Below are positions 10,048 to 23,090 of a stretch of DNA of 64,000 bases, in pieces. The position numbers and the translations under genes were made by a program. A model generated the notes under the pieces. That model saw only the letters and a list, made by a program, of their open reading frames with translations. It made no database searches and was not told where the DNA came from. Within the stretch, counting starts at the first letter, position 1. The number at the start of each line of letters is the position of its first letter. The stretch comes from Meyerozyma guilliermondii (lineage: Eukaryota): NCBI GenBank assembly GCA_051546255.1, contig CP128818.1:682001-746000 (forward strand). The letters run 5' to 3'.

Positions 10048-13000
10048 TTATGATTTTGCCTTGAGCCGGTTGTACATGTCGTGGATCTTTCGTGAAGGAA
10101 CCTTGGCTGGCCAATAAAGACTGGCGTACGACCATAAATGCTTATTGCGTTTTTGTTCCTCATTCGCAATCTTGTCAATATGTTCACCAATAGTCATAAG
10201 TTCTGACTTGAGAATGTGCGCCCACTCGGACTTGTCGAGGCCCTTGTTGCCCTTGTGTAGTTTCATCAATGACTTGGAAACTGGTCTTAAAGCATCTTTA
10301 CAGTCAGATTCGTCCATGCTAGCATACTCAAGATCGTCATTTTTGTCGACGGTTTCTGATGTATGTGAGCTATGGGCAGGAGAGTTAGCTGGCGGAGAGG
10401 TTGATGCTCTTCCCTTAGTGGCACTTTTGGCGACTTTGGGCTTTTTGGGGCGAGGTTCGGGCGATTTCTTCGCTTCTTTCTTTGTCTCTTTTTTCACCTT
10501 TGTACTCTTTGCAGCCGGCTTTGCTGATTGCTTTGTAGCCTGCTTAGTAGGCTGTTTTTTAACTCGCTTTTTCGCAGGTTCTTCTTCGCCCTTGATCAAA
10601 CTGAACAAATAGTCTACTCTCCTTCCTAGATGAACTGCTCCCGGAACCTTTTTATCTTTCTTGTCAGCTTCTCCTTCGTCTTTCTTTTCTTTCCCGCCCT
10701 GAGGCTCCAAAAAAATCTTGTTCTGTAACCCCAAAACAGGATCGTCTCGTATTTGCACCCACAGACCATAGCCAAATTTGTACACTCCCACCATCAACAT
10801 AGCATCATCTTTGTCTGTCCAGTCACAGGTCCACGAACTTACCTGCTTTGGTGAACTTGGAAGTTCAAAACTCTCCGGTTTGGCTTTGGGAATCAAGTCA
10901 GAAAGTGCATGCATATCACTGGGTCTCATCAACACCAATTCGGCATTTATATTCTTGACCCCATGGTACTCGAACAAAACAGCCTTTTTCTCCTTCTTCT
11001 TGGCCATCCACAATGCCATTGGCGTTTGTTCTTTCAGATCTTTGACTTCTTTCAGATCTTTCAGCTCCTCTGCTTTGCGCTCCAACTCGGCCATGGCGGC
11101 TTCCCTACGAGCTGCTTCCTCCTTCACCAATTGTCTCGACATCGAAATGATCTCATTATAAGCATGCTTGATCAAAACTGGATTCTTGTTGGAAATACTA
11201 CCTTCTTCCACCAACTGTTCCCATCTTCCAGTCAAATCACCCCACCGTAAAATAGAACGGTAGATACCACGGATCTCTTTTTCAGATAACTCATGGTTAT
11301 CGATATGCTGCTTGCGGGCTTTCTTCTTCTTGTCGGTATCGTCTGAAGAAATATTTTCGTCTTCTTCTTCATCTTGCTCGCCAACACCCAATTGCTTGGC
11401 GGCAGCACGACGACGAGAGTACATTGCAATTTGCTCCTGCAAAAACTGTTCGTCGGCTTTCTTTTTCTCGTCATCTTTGAGCTTGGCTAGTTCTTCTTGT
11501 GGAATAATATCATCCCACTCGACATCAGCTTTGTAGTCTGTAACTTCAAATTGTTTCAAAAACTCCTCGGAACCGAGATTCAGCTCTCCCAAGTCTGGAG
11601 TGGTCACATGGTCCTCTGCGTGGTTCAACACCTCATCCAAATTCAACTCTTCCAACTTCTTTTGGTTATCATTAGCCTTGAACATATTTCCAGCTCCAAA
11701 CTTGAGGATCTGACTCAACTCGTTGCTATTTGGCTCGCTCTTGCTCTTCTTACTGGGGTCCGTGATACCAAGCGAAATAATGGCATATTCCAAAATCATC
11801 TTCTTTCTCGCTCTCTCCAAAATTTCTTCTTCTATGGTGTCTTTGCTCACAAATCGGTATACGGAAACATGGTTCTTTTGTCCAATTCGATGGGCACGAG
11901 CCATGGCTTGCAAATCCGCTTGGGGATTCCAATCCGAGTCAAATATAATGACAGTGTCAGCCGTCATCAAGTTGATACCCAAACCACCGGCTCTGGTGGA
12001 CAACAAGAAGACGAAATCTCGAGAGTCTGGAGCATTAAAATGGTCAATGGAAATCCGACGCTGAGACGAAGGTATTCCACCATCCAACCGCTGGAATGCG
12101 TAGCCTTTTATAGAAAGGTAATCACCTAAAATGTCCAACATTCGAACCATCTGCGAGAAAATTAATACTCTATGGCCCTCTTTACGCAACCGAGTCAAAA
12201 GTTGTTCCAAGAGAACCATCTTACCCGAAGACATGATCATCCCTCGCAATACACTTTCACGATTAGCAGACGATGTCAGGGTTCCAAGCACTCTTTCTTC
12301 GGCACCGTCAAACAAATATGGATGGTTTGAAGCTTTCTTGAGTTCGGCCATAACGTTCAAAAGAGATATTTGCAGTCCTGAGTTACCGGCGTTCAACGCA
12401 GAGTAGTTTTTGGTGATGATGTTCTTGTAGTAATCTGTCTGCATGTCGGAGAGTTCGACTCGAAGAATTCTTTCGGTTTTCAGCGGAAGCAGCTTTTCCA
12501 CATCTTTCTTGAGACGTCGCAAAATGTATGGCTTGATGTTCTGCTGGAGTTCTTTGATGTACTTTTCTTGTTCGGCATCAGGAGTTTCAAAATCGATTTC
12601 TTGATCAATGTTGAACCGTCCTGGCAATAAAAAGTTGCACAAAGCGGCAAGTTCCTTGATATTATTCTGCAAAGGAGTACCTGTGATCAAGAGACGATTG
12701 GCAACTCGGAACAGTCTAAGAGACTCGTACAACGACAGCTCTGCGTTTTTGAGCCGGTGAGCTTCATCCACCGCCAAAAACTGCCATTTAATTGACCCCA
12801 ACTCATTACGGTCTTTGAGAATATACTCGTAAGTCGTCAACATAACGTTGAACTTTATCTTCTTTCCATCGTAAAGTTCGTAGTCTCGGATAGTTGCACG
12901 AGACTCTGTGTTTCCAAGATAGTAGATGCAATTGACGTCGGGAGCCCATTTTTCAAACGTCTCTTGCCATGCTGGAATCGTCAGCAAAGGTACCACTACC

Positions 13001-14151
13001 AAATGAGGTCCGTTTTGCCGGCGAGCATAGATGAGCCACGACAAGAAAGCTATGGTTTGTACGGTTTTTCCCAACCCCATTTCGTCTGCCAAGATACCGT
13101 TTTCGTTTCGCAGCCAGAGGAAAGCCATCCAGTTGAGTCCGGTGAGTTGGAAATCACGGAGCTCACCATTCTTGATGAAAAGCGGCTGTTTCACCAATTT
13201 TTCAAAGCGCGGGCGTTGGTTCTGGGGATAATTGGCCGAAGTAGAAGGTAGTATTTTCAGGTTGACTCGTTGCTGGTACCTTGTCACCTGCTCAGGACAC
13301 ATCCGTGCTATTTCCTCGGCGTTCTCCCAGGTACACTCGTCATAATATAAGCGTTTCCATTTGCAAAAGTAACGCAATTGACTTTCTCCATCAACCTCAA
13401 TCCGCTCGCTATCGACTATCCGCTCGACTTGGGTGTACTCTTCCTGCTCATCCCGACGACGTTCTCTTTCAATATCCATGGCTTCTATGTCCTCGTTGGT
13501 GGTCATCGGGTCCGACCGGATCTCCTGGTCCAACAAAATGTACTGCTTGATGTAATTGTCTACTTTGCGGAACCCTTTATACAGCTTGAGCACCAGCCAT
13601 GGTTCCCAAGTATTGTGAAGATGCAGCGCATCCAGCCACTTTATACGAAACACATAGTCAAGCTTGGGGTCCAGGGTCACCTCGGCGTTGTCTGGGTTGA
13701 GTTTGTGGTCGAGAACCATGTCAATACTTTTGGGTTCTTCCACTTCTTGGTCGGCCTGCTGAAAATAGTAGTAATCGTCGTAGCCATCTTCGTCTCCACT
13801 TTCTAGCAAATCGTCGTCATTTTCAGTGTCAACCGCATAGTTAACCAGTCGGCTGTTCCGAGACGAGAATCGAACCTCGGCCACGGTGGGTGTTTGACTT
13901 TTCGATCTGCTGGGCGGTTTTCTAGTTGAACGTTTTGGCTTGGAAGTCACACCAAACTCAATGTCGCTGCCCTCAGTATCGCTTCCAATGTCGTCGTCGT
14001 CCACATCCGAGTCCACATCCCGTTTTCGTTTTCTTTGGGGCTTTTCATCTTCAGATTCACTTTCAACAATGGTGGCTCGCTTTTCACGGTGAGATCTCCT
14101 AAGTCCATAAAGCTCAGGATAAAGCTCAGCTTCTGGAATTACGTTAGCCAT
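10048..14151 (-). CDS. CHD1: chromodomain helicase Chd1
   Basis: N-terminal [11 protein letters not shown], tandem chromodomains, SNF2 ATPase ([35 protein letters not shown]) and SANT/SLIDE. First ATG is at 14151; the track start at 14175 is TTG. Confidence 0.97.
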   Translation of the reverse strand: MANVIPEAELYPELYGLRRSHREKRATIVESESEDEKPQRKRKRDVDSDVDDDDIGSDTEGSDIEFGVTSKPKRSTRKPPSRSKSQTPTVAEVRFSSRNSRLVNYAVDTENDDDLLESGDEDGYDDYYYFQQADQEVEEPKSIDMVLDHKLNPDNAEVTLDPKLDYVFRIKWLDALHLHNTWEPWLVLKLYKGFRKVDNYIKQYILLDQEIRSDPMTTNEDIEAMDIERERRRDEQEEYTQVERIVDSERIEVDGESQLRYFCKWKRLYYDECTWENAEEIARMCPEQVTRYQQRVNLKILPSTSANYPQNQRPRFEKLVKQPLFIKNGELRDFQLTGLNWMAFLWLRNENGILADEMGLGKTVQTIAFLSWLIYARRQNGPHLVVVPLLTIPAWQETFEKWAPDVNCIYYLGNTESRATIRDYELYDGKKIKFNVMLTTYEYILKDRNELGSIKWQFLAVDEAHRLKNAELSLYESLRLFRVANRLLITGTPLQNNIKELAALCNFLLPGRFNIDQEIDFETPDAEQEKYIKELQQNIKPYILRRLKKDVEKLLPLKTERILRVELSDMQTDYYKNIITKNYSALNAGNSGLQISLLNVMAELKKASNHPYLFDGAEERVLGTLTSSANRESVLRGMIMSSGKMVLLEQLLTRLRKEGHRVLIFSQMVRMLDILGDYLSIKGYAFQRLDGGIPSSQRRISIDHFNAPDSRDFVFLLSTRAGGLGINLMTADTVIIFDSDWNPQADLQAMARAHRIGQKNHVSVYRFVSKDTIEEEILERARKKMILEYAIISLGITDPSKKSKSEPNSNELSQILKFGAGNMFKANDNQKKLEELNLDEVLNHAEDHVTTPDLGELNLGSEEFLKQFEVTDYKADVEWDDIIPQEELAKLKDDEKKKADEQFLQEQIAMYSRRRAAAKQLGVGEQDEEEDENISSDDTDKKKKARKQHIDNHELSEKEIRGIYRSILRWGDLTGRWEQLVEEGSISNKNPVLIKHAYNEIISMSRQLVKEEAARREAAMAELERKAEELKDLKEVKDLKEQTPMALWMAKKKEKKAVLFEYHGVKNINAELVLMRPSDMHALSDLIPKAKPESFELPSSPKQVSSWTCDWTDKDDAMLMVGVYKFGYGLWVQIRDDPVLGLQNKIFLEPQGGKEKKDEGEADKKDKKVPGAVHLGRRVDYLFSLIKGEEEPAKKRVKKQPTKQATKQSAKPAAKSTKVKKETKKEAKKSPEPRPKKPKVAKSATKGRASTSPPANSPAHSSHTSETVDKNDDLEYASMDESDCKDALRPVSKSLMKLHKGNKGLDKSEWAHILKSELMTIGEHIDKIANEEQKRNKHLWSYASLYWPAKVPSRKIHDMYNRLKAKS

Positions 14152-15646
14152 GTTACTTGCAAGGTGCTCAGACAAGTCTAATGGCTTTTATATCGTGGTG
14201 GAAACCAATTAGCTCCGTACCCACTTGAACTTTGTCTGCGCGATCAACAAAAATTGCCGAACTTTTTTTACGGGACACTAATTGTTCGTACTGCGTAGAT
14301 ATGGTATTACTATTCTAGGTGTAGAGGAGACGGTCAATGTGTCTGCGACGTGGTCTAGCTGTAGGTAGATCTTAATGCAACCTAAACGGTTGATCTCAAA
14401 TACATTCTTGTGCTTTAAGGAGTATAGTAGTTCGTACGCCTGGGCTGAGCGGGGATTCTGCGAGTCGGCTTTGGCAGATATGACCAGCTAGAAAGTTTTG
14501 AGCTGAATCCGAGACTTCTTCGTGCTCATCAGTGCATTTCGAGAAGGTTTCTGCTGAACACTGAGGGAACTGTCCATCTATGTTATGGGCAACGAGGCGC
14601 AGTAGCCTCTAGTTTACTTTGTAGTCTCTCAGCCAGAAAAAGTGTCTTGTGAGTGAGCACATCACCAAGCAGCTGGCGAAGTTGTGGCATGTGTCAACAT
14701 TCCCACGCTGAGTAGTTGAAGATGTGAAAGACTGGTGATGACAACAGTATTTCTAACATGTAGAACGACCTCTGTTACTTGGTGACAGCGCATATCAAAT
14801 CAATAAACGCCAAGTAAACACTTCTTCAATCATCAGGTTTCATTTTTGCAGCCACCACCTGTTCCAGCCCAGTGTATCAGTCATTGTCATTTCCATCCCG
14901 AAAAACCAAAAGCCAACAACCGAAATCATATCCACTCTGAGACAAACATGCTCATGTCCATTGCACATCTGCTGACATGGTACTTCCATGTACATGTTTC
15001 TCTCGAGTGGCGCCCCTAGTTGTTTCAGTACTAGCTTGATGATGGCGATATGATCAATTTGATCTCGCAAGTTCACTTCACCAACTTTAGCGCCCATTAA
15101 GCAAATACTGTGGGTCTGCCGGTTCCGGGAATACATCAAAGAACCAAAATCACCAAAACAACACCATAAATAGGGAACGATTGCTGATAAAACAGCCCCC
15201 TAAAAATGGCATATTGGTCATATTAATCGAATCGTATTCATCCACATGATGCAGTTATGTCTAAATCACACCAAAGCCCAAAAACTGGGTCAAAACAACA
15301 TTTTAAAATACCTCTTACTTCATCTCCTAAGAAATATTCGGAAGTTTTTGAAATACGGATCTGCTTCAAATATATATCGGATAACGCCGTCCGGGTAAGT
15401 TTTTTGTTCCTGTACATAGTATAAGACCAATACGAATACCCACGAAAATTTGTAGCGTTCTTGAAAGTATGCATCTAATAAGTTGCCTAGGCTTTCTCTT
15501 CGCAAACAACAGATTTGCGCATACTCGTTTCTTGACTTTTTTTCTTTTTTTCTTTTTTCTCCACCAATCACAAGGCGGCAGTTAGTAACAATCTCAAATT
15601 TACGCCGCTTTTCTTATTTGGTGCGTAATCTGGAGCACTAATATTG

Positions 15647-15656
15647 TGAAAAATTT
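15647..15656 (+). promoter_or_regulatory. RRPE element (TGAAAAATTT) upstream of RLI1
   Basis: Exact RRPE-type motif 25 bp before the ATG of a ribosome biogenesis gene. Confidence 0.55.
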
Positions 15657-15681
15657 GTGCTCGCCGCACTGCTTCTTCAGT

Positions 15682-17505
15682 ATGAGTGACAAGAACACGA
15701 GAATCGCCATTGTCTCTACGGACAGATGCAAGCCCAAAAAGTGTAAACAGGAATGCAGAAAGTCATGTCCTGTGGTCAAGACCGGTAAACTTTGTATTGA
15801 AGTGACCCCGGCTTCAAAAATTGCATTTATTTCCGAAACTTTGTGTATCGGTTGTGGTATTTGTGTGAAGAAATGTCCGTTTGACGCCATTAATATCATC
15901 AATGTGCCTACAAATCTCGATGCCGAGACCACTCACAGATACTCTGCCAACTCCTTCAAACTTCACAGACTTCCTACTCCAAGAGCTGGCCGTGTTTTAG
16001 GGTTGGTAGGTACTAACGGTATCGGTAAAAGTACTGCCCTTAAAATTTTAGCTGGTAAACAGAAACCCAATTTGGGACGTTACGATGATCCACCAGACTG
16101 GTCAGATATCTTGAAGCATTTCCGTGGATCTGAATTGCAAAATTACTTCACCAAGGTTTTGGAGGATGATCTTAAGGCTATCATCAAGCCCCAGTACGTG
16201 GATAATATTCCTCGAGCTCTTGCCAAGTCGCCGGTGAAGGATGTTTCTGGTATCTTGAAACTGAAGTTGGAACGTAAGGAAGTGTGGGATTATGTTCTTA
16301 ATGTTCTCGAATTGCACGGTGTCATGGATCGTAATGTGGCCGATTTGTCTGGTGGAGAATTGCAACGTTTTGCTCTTGGTATGACGGTGATCCAAAAGGC
16401 TGATGTGTACATGTTTGACGAGCCATCGTCGTACTTGGATGTCAAGCAGCGTTTGAGAGCTGCTGAAATCATCAGATCATTGTTGGACCCAGTGACTTAT
16501 GTCATTTGTGTGGAGCATGATTTGTCTGTGTTGGATTACTTGTCTGATTTCATCTGTATTTTGTACGGTGCACCCTCCATTTACGGTGTGGTGACGTTTC
16601 CTTCGAATGTTCGTGAAGGTATCAATATTTTCTTGGATGGTCACATTCCTTCTGAGAACATGAGATTCCGTACCGAGTCGTTGCAGTTCAGATTGGCCGA
16701 TGTGGCTGATGATATGCTTCTCGACAGAACCAATGCATTAAAATATCCCGCTATGGAAAAGACCCAGGGAGATTTCCACTTGTCGGTAGAGGCAGGTGAT
16801 TTCACCGATTCGGAAATTTTGGTGATGATGGGTGAAAATGGTACCGGTAAAACTACTTTCTGTCGTTTGTTGGCCGGTGCTACTGCTCCAGACAATGGTC
16901 AACAAATTCCTAAGCTTAATGTTTCCATGAAGCCACAAAAGATTGCACCCAAATTCCCTGGTACTGTGAGACAATTGTTCTTCAAGAAAATCAGAGCTTC
17001 ATTTTTGCATCCTCAATTTCAAACCGATGTGGTGAAGCCATTGAAAATCGACGATATTATTGATCAAGAAGTGCAAACTTTGTCTGGTGGTGAATTGCAA
17101 CGTGTGGCTATAGTGTTGGCTTTGGGTATTCCCGCTGATATCTACTTGATCGATGAGCCTTCTGCTTACCTCGATTCGGAGCAGCGTATTATTTGTTCCA
17201 AGGTTATCAGAAGATTCATTCTTCACGCCAAGAAAACCGCTTTCATCGTTGAGCACGATTTTATCATGGCTACTTACTTGGCTGATAGAGTTATTGTATT
17301 CGATGGTCAACCATCTAAGGATGCCAATGCCCGTGCTCCCGAGTCTTTGTTGACCGGTTGTAACCGATTCTTGAAGAACTTGAACGTTACGTTTAGAAGA
17401 GACCCCAACTCGTACAGACCTAGAATCAACAAGTTGGACTCGCAAATGGACAAAGAACAAAAGGCATCAGGAAACTACTTTTTCTTGGACAACACCGAGT
17501 TGTGA
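15682..17505 (+). CDS. RLI1: ABCE1 Fe-S ATPase (ribosome recycling)
   Basis: Two 4Fe-4S motifs ([27 protein letters not shown]) and two ABC domains ([17 protein letters not shown]). ATG at 15682. Confidence 0.98.
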   Translation: MSDKNTRIAIVSTDRCKPKKCKQECRKSCPVVKTGKLCIEVTPASKIAFISETLCIGCGICVKKCPFDAINIINVPTNLDAETTHRYSANSFKLHRLPTPRAGRVLGLVGTNGIGKSTALKILAGKQKPNLGRYDDPPDWSDILKHFRGSELQNYFTKVLEDDLKAIIKPQYVDNIPRALAKSPVKDVSGILKLKLERKEVWDYVLNVLELHGVMDRNVADLSGGELQRFALGMTVIQKADVYMFDEPSSYLDVKQRLRAAEIIRSLLDPVTYVICVEHDLSVLDYLSDFICILYGAPSIYGVVTFPSNVREGINIFLDGHIPSENMRFRTESLQFRLADVADDMLLDRTNALKYPAMEKTQGDFHLSVEAGDFTDSEILVMMGENGTGKTTFCRLLAGATAPDNGQQIPKLNVSMKPQKIAPKFPGTVRQLFFKKIRASFLHPQFQTDVVKPLKIDDIIDQEVQTLSGGELQRVAIVLALGIPADIYLIDEPSAYLDSEQRIICSKVIRRFILHAKKTAFIVEHDFIMATYLADRVIVFDGQPSKDANARAPESLLTGCNRFLKNLNVTFRRDPNSYRPRINKLDSQMDKEQKASGNYFFLDNTEL

Positions 17506-17920
17506 TAGCATAGGGCTACGGCCGTGTATACTAGGATGCAATAGCATTAATAGAAGGATATGGAGATGATGTAGAAATGCAGAGGTAGAAGCGAGAGAAA
17601 CGATAACCGAGGCTCATATCGTAGTTCTGATTTTCTTGAGGTGATTTCAAAAATGTGAATTATCCTGCATATGTCGCCATACTGAATCAAGTTCTATGAC
17701 CCATTTTGAGCGAGTCTGACCCGATTTTCGCATTTGTGTGAAAGTCCAGGATTTTCGTGTCAAATAACCAATGCATAATACCTGGGCACAACCGTACACC
17801 AATACACAAGGTACCCAAATATATCAATTATTGAATTACTACGCAAGGAAAATGTTTTTGAAGGAATAGACATGGCAGAAAGGTACTTAATACCAACGCC
17901 GACATCTAATTAGCAGTTAT

Positions 17921-18002
17921 GGCAACTTGTCCGAGTGGTTAAGGAGAAAGATTAGAAATCTTTTGGGCTTTGCCCGCGCAGGTTCGAATCCTGCAGTTGT
18001 CG
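17921..18002 (+). tRNA. tRNA-Ser(AGA)
   Basis: 82-nt cloverleaf GGCAACTTGTCCGAGTGG...TTAGAAA...GGTTCGAATCC...GTTGTCG with a long variable arm, followed by an oligo-T Pol III terminator. Confidence 0.97.
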
Positions 18003-18078
18003 TCAATTTTTTTTAGTTTTCCCCAGAAGTAAAGGCATCGCATCGCGAAAAAAATCTAGAAACTTAGTCTTTACAACT

Positions 18079-19755
18079 ATGCAATTGGCAGTCCACGAAG
18101 ACGATGCCGACGTCTTGTTGCAGCAAAAGAACAAGCTCGATGACAAGGTCTTGGATAAGTATCGTGTTGCTGGAAAAGTAGTACAATCAGGGTTGAAATA
18201 CATCATTAATTTGATCAATGATTCTTACCATCTTGGTACCAATAATCCATTATCGTCTCAGGAAATTTGTTATTTAGGTGACTCGTACCTTGCCAGACTT
18301 CTTGCCAAGGTATATAACAACGATGTGAAAGAGAAAGGTATAGCTACTCCTGTGACTGTTGAAGTTAATGATATTGTGGGAGGGTTTTCACCAGAAATCG
18401 ACGATGAGACTCCTTACATTTTTTCAGTGGGAGACATAGTTACCGTGTCTCTTGGGGTTCAAATCGATGGATATACTGCCAACGTATCACATACTATTGT
18501 CATCTATCCTCAGGGTCACCAAGTGGATAGTAAACCTGCTCCCGAAGGACCATTAGTTGGTGCGAATGCTGATGCCATTTGTGCTGCTCATATTGCCACT
18601 GAGTCATTGGTGGCCCTCTTGGGTCTTGCCATGAGTCCCGAGAAGGTTCCTACAGTGTTGGGAACTGAATCAGGAAAAATTACCGGTAGTCAAATACGGT
18701 TGTTGGTGGATACTATTGCTGCTCAATACAACTGTGTGGTGGTTCCAGATTCCAAGGTTCGTCGTGTTAGAAGGTTTTTGGCTGGTCAGGCCGAGGGAAT
18801 TGTTGCGGAGAAGGATATCAAGGGTGTAGTGTGGACTGAAAGAGACCAAGAACTTGGGTTGTTGAAAAATGCCAATGCCACTGGCGATTTGGTTTTGGCG
18901 GAAAAATCCAAGGCTCCAACGGCTACAACCACCAGTGTTATACCTACCGATGATTTTGTTGTTTTTGCGGGAGAAGTGTACAGCATTGACATCAGAATGT
19001 GTTCTATTGGTTCATTTGAAGAACCTGGTATCATCACCCTTGACGAAATCGACCAATTTACCGGAAAAAATAACCAAGAAAACCAATTTTCCACCCGTCC
19101 CACCATCCATATCCGCGACTATGCCGTTCACCATCAACTTCGGTTGAAGTCTTCTCGTAAACTTTTGGGTAAAATCGATAAACGGTTCACGGTCTACCCA
19201 TTCAAGTTAAGTTATGTCTCCGACAGCTTTCCTTTCGTCGATGGAGACGTTGAAACACATTTAGAAGGTGCCAAAAAAGAGGTCCAACAGCTCAAATTGG
19301 GATTATCAGAGCTTTCCAATCGTCGTCTTGTAAGATCTCGTCCAGTTCAAGTTGCTCGATTTGTCCCACTTGAAAAAATTTTGCTTACCGACAACACCAC
19401 CGGGCGTCATGGAATTGATGCGGAGAAGCCCGTTTTACCAGGCTTGGAAGTACCTTTACCCAAACTTGGAATCTCGTCGCTTAAATTGAAGTCATTATTG
19501 AAGCACAGCAAATCGGTTCCAGTAGCAAGAGAAAGTTGCACAATTGTGTTGAATGAAGTAAACAACGATGTTATCCGTCTCAGCGGCAGCGGAGCAGCTA
19601 ATCCTAGCTGGGTCCACTCGCAATACCAATTAACTGGTGCAATGGCAGACACCGTCAACCAACTTTCCACCATGATGAAAGACAAGAGATTTGGAATAAA
19701 TATCAAGGAAACTCGCCCGTATCGTGAAGGCAAGGAAGAGATGGACATGAATTAG
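18079..19755 (+). CDS. ARX1: pre-60S export factor Arx1 (MetAP-like fold)
   Basis: LLQQKN..LDKYRVAG, SLGVQIDGY, VRRVRRFLAGQAEGIVAE, LPGLEVPLP, SWVHSQY. Confidence 0.93.
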   Translation: MQLAVHEDDADVLLQQKNKLDDKVLDKYRVAGKVVQSGLKYIINLINDSYHLGTNNPLSSQEICYLGDSYLARLLAKVYNNDVKEKGIATPVTVEVNDIVGGFSPEIDDETPYIFSVGDIVTVSLGVQIDGYTANVSHTIVIYPQGHQVDSKPAPEGPLVGANADAICAAHIATESLVALLGLAMSPEKVPTVLGTESGKITGSQIRLLVDTIAAQYNCVVVPDSKVRRVRRFLAGQAEGIVAEKDIKGVVWTERDQELGLLKNANATGDLVLAEKSKAPTATTTSVIPTDDFVVFAGEVYSIDIRMCSIGSFEEPGIITLDEIDQFTGKNNQENQFSTRPTIHIRDYAVHHQLRLKSSRKLLGKIDKRFTVYPFKLSYVSDSFPFVDGDVETHLEGAKKEVQQLKLGLSELSNRRLVRSRPVQVARFVPLEKILLTDNTTGRHGIDAEKPVLPGLEVPLPKLGISSLKLKSLLKHSKSVPVARESCTIVLNEVNNDVIRLSGSGAANPSWVHSQYQLTGAMADTVNQLSTMMKDKRFGINIKETRPYREGKEEMDMN

Positions 19756-20359
19756 CATGAATAGGTAGAGAAGTAGAAAGAAGAGAAGCTGTAAAGTGGT
19801 GAAAAATAGTGAGGTGCGCTGAAAATTGCAAAAACTGAAATCAGATTTGAAATCGAAATTAAACGAAATTGAATCAGGATTGAATCCAGTATTGAATCAG
19901 AATTGAAATCGAAAAAAAAGTTAACAAGTCAATCCAGAATTGAAAATAACCAATGTAAATTTTTTTTCTTCTTCTTTGGTTTAATGATTTTCTTTCAGAT
20001 TGCACTTCCTAAGCCTTAGTCGATGACATAAGCAGCCGCAACGTTTCCCAAATTCTCTCAACCTGCCAATGGCAACTAAAGAATTTCCCTTTGTGCGCCA
20101 CTCGCGTGCCTCCCGCTTTCCTTATTGGCCATGCTTACCTAACCCGCCCCCGCGCGTGACTAAGCTGAGGTGAGGCGGCGACGTAAGCAGGCGCCGCGGG
20201 CTTTTGTGTAACTTCGCGCTCAAAACAGAATTGGACACCGGTCGTTCAAATTTAAAGGTAAAGAAGCGAATCTACGTGACTAACCAATTTTTTGCCTTTG
20301 CGATTTGAGTCCTGCAAGTCTGTTTACACGCGACAAAACATACTTAGAACCGTTTAACA

Positions 20360-20609
20360 GTAAGTATCATCGCCATTTCCTCCGATTATTTTTCCGTTTT
20401 CATCATTTTGCCCACCGGCAAATAGGGAGCAAGGATCGACGATTTGCGTTATTGAGGCGTTGTTTGCGAGTGTAAGCGCATAGTATGGGCAATTGATAGT
20501 ATGAAGTCGTAGGAACGTGATTGATTGATGATTGATCGTTGTTTTTCTTGCCCCCCTTGATTTTGGTTGTTATTGTTCTCAACTCCTTGAATTTTGTTTA
20601 CTAACTTAG
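20360..20609 (+). other. spliceosomal intron in the 5' UTR of BMH1
   Basis: GTAAGT at 20360, TACTAAC at 20599-20605, and TTAG ending at 20609 directly before the ATG. The 5' splice site is the best candidate, not proven. Confidence 0.75.
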
Positions 20610-20972
20610 ATGCCCGCTTCCCGTGAAGACTCTGTCTATCTCGCCAAATTGGCTGAACAGGCCGAAAGATATGAAGAAATGGTTGAGAACATGAAGGCTG
20701 TTGCTTCGTCCGGCCAAGAATTGTCTGTGGAAGAGCGCAACCTTTTATCCGTTGCTTACAAGAACGTCATTGGTGCTCGCCGTGCCTCGTGGAGAATTGT
20801 TTCCTCTATCGAGCAAAAGGAAGAGGCCAAGGGTAACGAATCACAAGTTTCGTTGATTCGTGAGTACCGTACCAAGATTGAGGCTGAGTTGTCCAAGATC
20901 TGTGAAGATATCCTTTCTGTGTTGACTGATCATTTGATCTCTTCTGCTCAAACTGGAGAGTCCAAGGTGTTC

Positions 20973-21005
<33 letters not shown>

Positions 21006-21374
21006 TTGGCTGAATTTGCCATTTCTGAGAAGCGTAAGGAAGCTGCTGATTTGTCGTTGGAGGCTTACAAGGCTGCATCCGATGTGGCTGTTACCGAATT
21101 ACCTCCTACTCACCCCATCAGATTAGGATTAGCATTGAATTTCTCTGTGTTCTACTATGAGATTTTGAATTCTCCTGACAGAGCTTGCCATTTGGCTAAG
21201 CAAGCTTTTGATGACGCTGTGGCTGATTTAGAAACTTTGTCAGAGGATTCTTACAAGGATTCTACTTTGATTATGCAATTGTTGAGAGATAACTTGACTT
21301 TGTGGACTGACTTATCTGAGGCCCCAGCCCCAGCTGAAGAACAGCCGGCAGAGTCCAAGCCTGAGGAGGAGTAA
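20610..21374 (+). CDS. BMH1: 14-3-3 protein
   Basis: [71 protein letters not shown]. Confidence 0.98.
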
Positions 21375-21632
21375 ATTCTGTGATTTGTTTGTTTCTTACG
21401 TTTCGCAATCACTTTTCTCCTTTTTTGACATAAAAACATAACATAAACTAGGAAAAGATTGAGGAATGTACAGAGTTGAGTTAGATTCGCTCTGTGTTGT
21501 TTATATTATGTTGTTATATTGTTGAATAAATTGTTACTGACAACTCGGCTAACACCTCGGTACACCACTCCGCGTAAAGATCGTTGAAGTTTTCATTGCG
21601 CGCGTGTAGAATTTCTAACAACAAATAACAAC

Positions 21633-22971
21633 ATGCCCATGTCCGAACCAGTGGGAATCGCCAATTTACCGAACCAAAGGTATGTACATCCAGATATGGT
21701 GCTGTTATCAAGCTGTGAATACTTAGATGTTTTGAAACTGAGTTTTTGATTCATATTAATTTTGATCGTGGCTGACGCCAATGAACACGAGACGAGTTAT
21801 TTCAACGATGACATGCTCATTCACCCTTTTACTAAATACTAACTATAGGTATAAGATAATCTCGCAACAAGGGGCCACTTTCACCATCATGGTGGCGGGA
21901 GAAAGTGGTCTTGGGAAAACGACATTGATCAATACTCTCTTTCATTCGTCGTTAAAACCATACCAAGATCCCAATGAGAGACACAACAAGTTTACATCTC
22001 CACAGCAAACCGTAGATATCGATATTGTGCGGGCCGAGATCGAAGAGAAGAACTTTAAGGTTCGTCTTAATATCATTGACACTCCTGGATTTGGTAACAA
22101 TGTCAACAACCAGGATTCGTGGGCACCAATAGTCGATTTTATCGACGACCAACACGAGCTGTTTATGAGACAGGAACAACAGCCACGCAGAACCCACAAA
22201 AAGGACTTGAGAGTCCATGCCTGTTTATATTTCATCCGTCCTACAGGTCACAGTCTTAAGCCACTCGATATTGAAGTGATGAAACGGCTCTCAACCAGAG
22301 TGAACTTGATTCCCGTGATTGCCAAGTCCGACACTTTGGCGCCACAGGAATTGGATGCGTTCAAGTCTCGCATAAGAGATGTCATTGAAGCACAAGACAT
22401 CAACATATACACCCCTCCATTCGACTACGACGACCCAGCTGGAGCCGAGCACGCCAAGCAATTGATCGAAGCAATGCCATTCGCCGTGATTGGATCTGAA
22501 GACGAGTACGAAGTTGCACCTGGTCAATATTCTCGTGGAAGAAGATACCCATGGGGATTAGTTGAGGTGGAAAACGACAAGCATTGCGATTTCAAGAAAT
22601 TGCGGAGTTTGTTGTTGAGAACCAATATGATCGACTTGATTTTGCTGACAAACGAGGTTCACTTCGAAGCTTACAGGCGCCTCAAATTGGACGATAATGA
22701 ACCTAGTGGTGAAGCTAACGGAGGTGTGAGCGACGAGATTAAGAAGGCTATGAAACCTCGTAGACTGCACAACCCCAAGTTTAAGGAAGAGGAGGATGCG
22801 TTGAAAAAATTCTTTACCGAGCAAGTCAAGGCAGAAGAGCTGCGGTTCAGACAGTGGGAAAGCAACATTGTTAATGAACGAAACCGTCTCAACCTGGACC
22901 TTGAAGAAATGCAAAGTAAGTTGAAGACGCTTGAAGAGCAGGTGAAGAAGTTGCAATTGACCAAGAGATAA
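21633..22971 (+). CDS. CDC12: septin Cdc12, two exons (21633-21679, 21849-22971)
   Basis: Exon 1 MPMSEPVGIANLPNQ(R). Intron 21680-21848: GTATGT...TACTAAC-TATAG. Splicing restores VGIANLPNQRYKI...GESGLGKTT; MRQEQQP and the C-terminal coiled coil are Cdc12-specific. The track's N-terminus (21781) lies in the intron. Confidence 0.93.
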
Positions 22972-23090
22972 GTAGGACGGCGTTATCAGAGATAAACAAA
23001 TTGTATGTTATATTGATTGTAGTAAGAGTGCATGCAGGCCCCCACCCCACTAATCTTCAACGGTTATTCGCGGCAATATGAGGAGACAAG

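Noticed and set aside
14700..14840. TGATGA boxes (possible C/D snoRNA) and ACTGGTG (possible telomerase template)
   Set aside because: No properly spaced D box with an rRNA-complementary guide, and less than one full repeat unit for a template.
19836..19945. Degenerate ATTGAATC/GAAATC repeats after ARX1
   Set aside because: Irregular low-complexity 3' sequence with no spacer structure or terminal repeats.
21781..21848. Track N-terminus MNTRRVIS... of the septin
   Set aside because: It lies inside the intron; the real conserved N-terminus is exon 1 at 21633-21679.
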